Source: Sminthopsis crassicaudata (lineage: Eukaryota). Taken from it: a DNA stretch of 64,000 nt. The stretch covers positions 25,336,468 through 25,400,467 of the forward strand of contig NC_133618.1 in assembly GCF_048593235.1 (NCBI RefSeq), written 5' to 3'. Positions 63,370 to 64,000 of this stretch are shown in pieces. Each line of letters begins with the position of its first letter. Position 1 is the stretch's first letter. The position numbers and the translations under genes are program-made. The notes below the pieces were generated by a model. The model was given only the letters and a program-made list of their open reading frames with translations. It did not search any database and was not told the DNA's origin.

Positions 63370-63815
63370 AAAGTAGGGATAATTGTCTTTTTTCAAAATG
63401 ATCTTTCTAAGTGCTATTCAGAAACCTGGAAAGTCATCCATAAACTCAGGAAAAATGAAGTGTTTTATGTACAAAGTAACTGCAATGTTGTGGGATGACC
63501 AACAGTGAATGACTGCTATTCTCAGCAATACAATAATGAATGACCATTCTGAAGGATTTATGATGAAAATTTCTATCCATACCCAGAGGAAAAAAAAAAC
63601 CCGATTGTGTCTGAATACAGATTGAAGCACGCTCTTTTTCTTGAGGGTTTATTGGGGAGAGGATCTATGTTTTTTTTCACAGGAAAGAAATATTTTGTAA
63701 AACTCCACATGTGGAAGTGGGAAAGAAGAAAAAAATCTGGAACTCAAAGTTTTAAAAACAAATATAAAAAATTGTTTTAGATGTAACTGGGGAAAATAAA
63801 AATATTAAATATAAA
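63370..63815 (+). mobile_element. Old L1 3' fragment
   Basis: gatgatcaac-like, ctatccatacccagag, aatctggaactcaaagtt...gtaactggggaaaataaaa. Confidence 0.75.
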
Positions 63816-64000
63816 TATAAAAAAATTTAAAATGTTATTCTGTTAGTCAATATGTCTTTATTAAGCTTCTACTATGTGTCAGGCACTGTGCTAAGTATTT
63901 ATTCCTCTCAACCCCATCTCCTCTTCTTCCAAGAGAAAAATAAAACTCTTGGAACAAATAAGCATAGTTTTTAAAAATGAATTTCCATATTGGTGCAAAA

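Overview
Eukaryotic genomic DNA from a marsupial, most likely a dasyurid such as the Tasmanian devil. The inference rests on WSINE1-, MAR1- and WALLSI-type SINEs, marsupial L1 3' ends, an RTE tail, and abundant MIR and L2. The window is dominated by retrotransposon fragments, several with clean 9-17 bp target-site duplications (TSDs) and nesting, plus low-complexity tracts and four assembly gaps. No host gene could be recognised. A few non-repeat, locally CpG-retaining blocks have splice-site-flanked candidate exons or promoter/enhancer-like motif clusters, reported at low confidence. The most notable structures are a ~92% identical inverted duplication (44.8/46.5-46.8 kb) whose edge coincides with an L1 insertion site, an older inverted repeat (8.7/9.3 kb), a duplicated L2-L1 chimeric junction (62.2/63.85 kb), higher-order minisatellites, a compact ATF4/UPR/NRF2 motif cluster (58.5 kb) and a CRE/SF-1/CCAAT/TATA promoter-like block (33 kb). 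There is no CRISPR array, rRNA or true tRNA, and no convincing new biological system can be demonstrated from sequence alone. Repeat family names are from memory of consensus sequences and boundaries are approximate.
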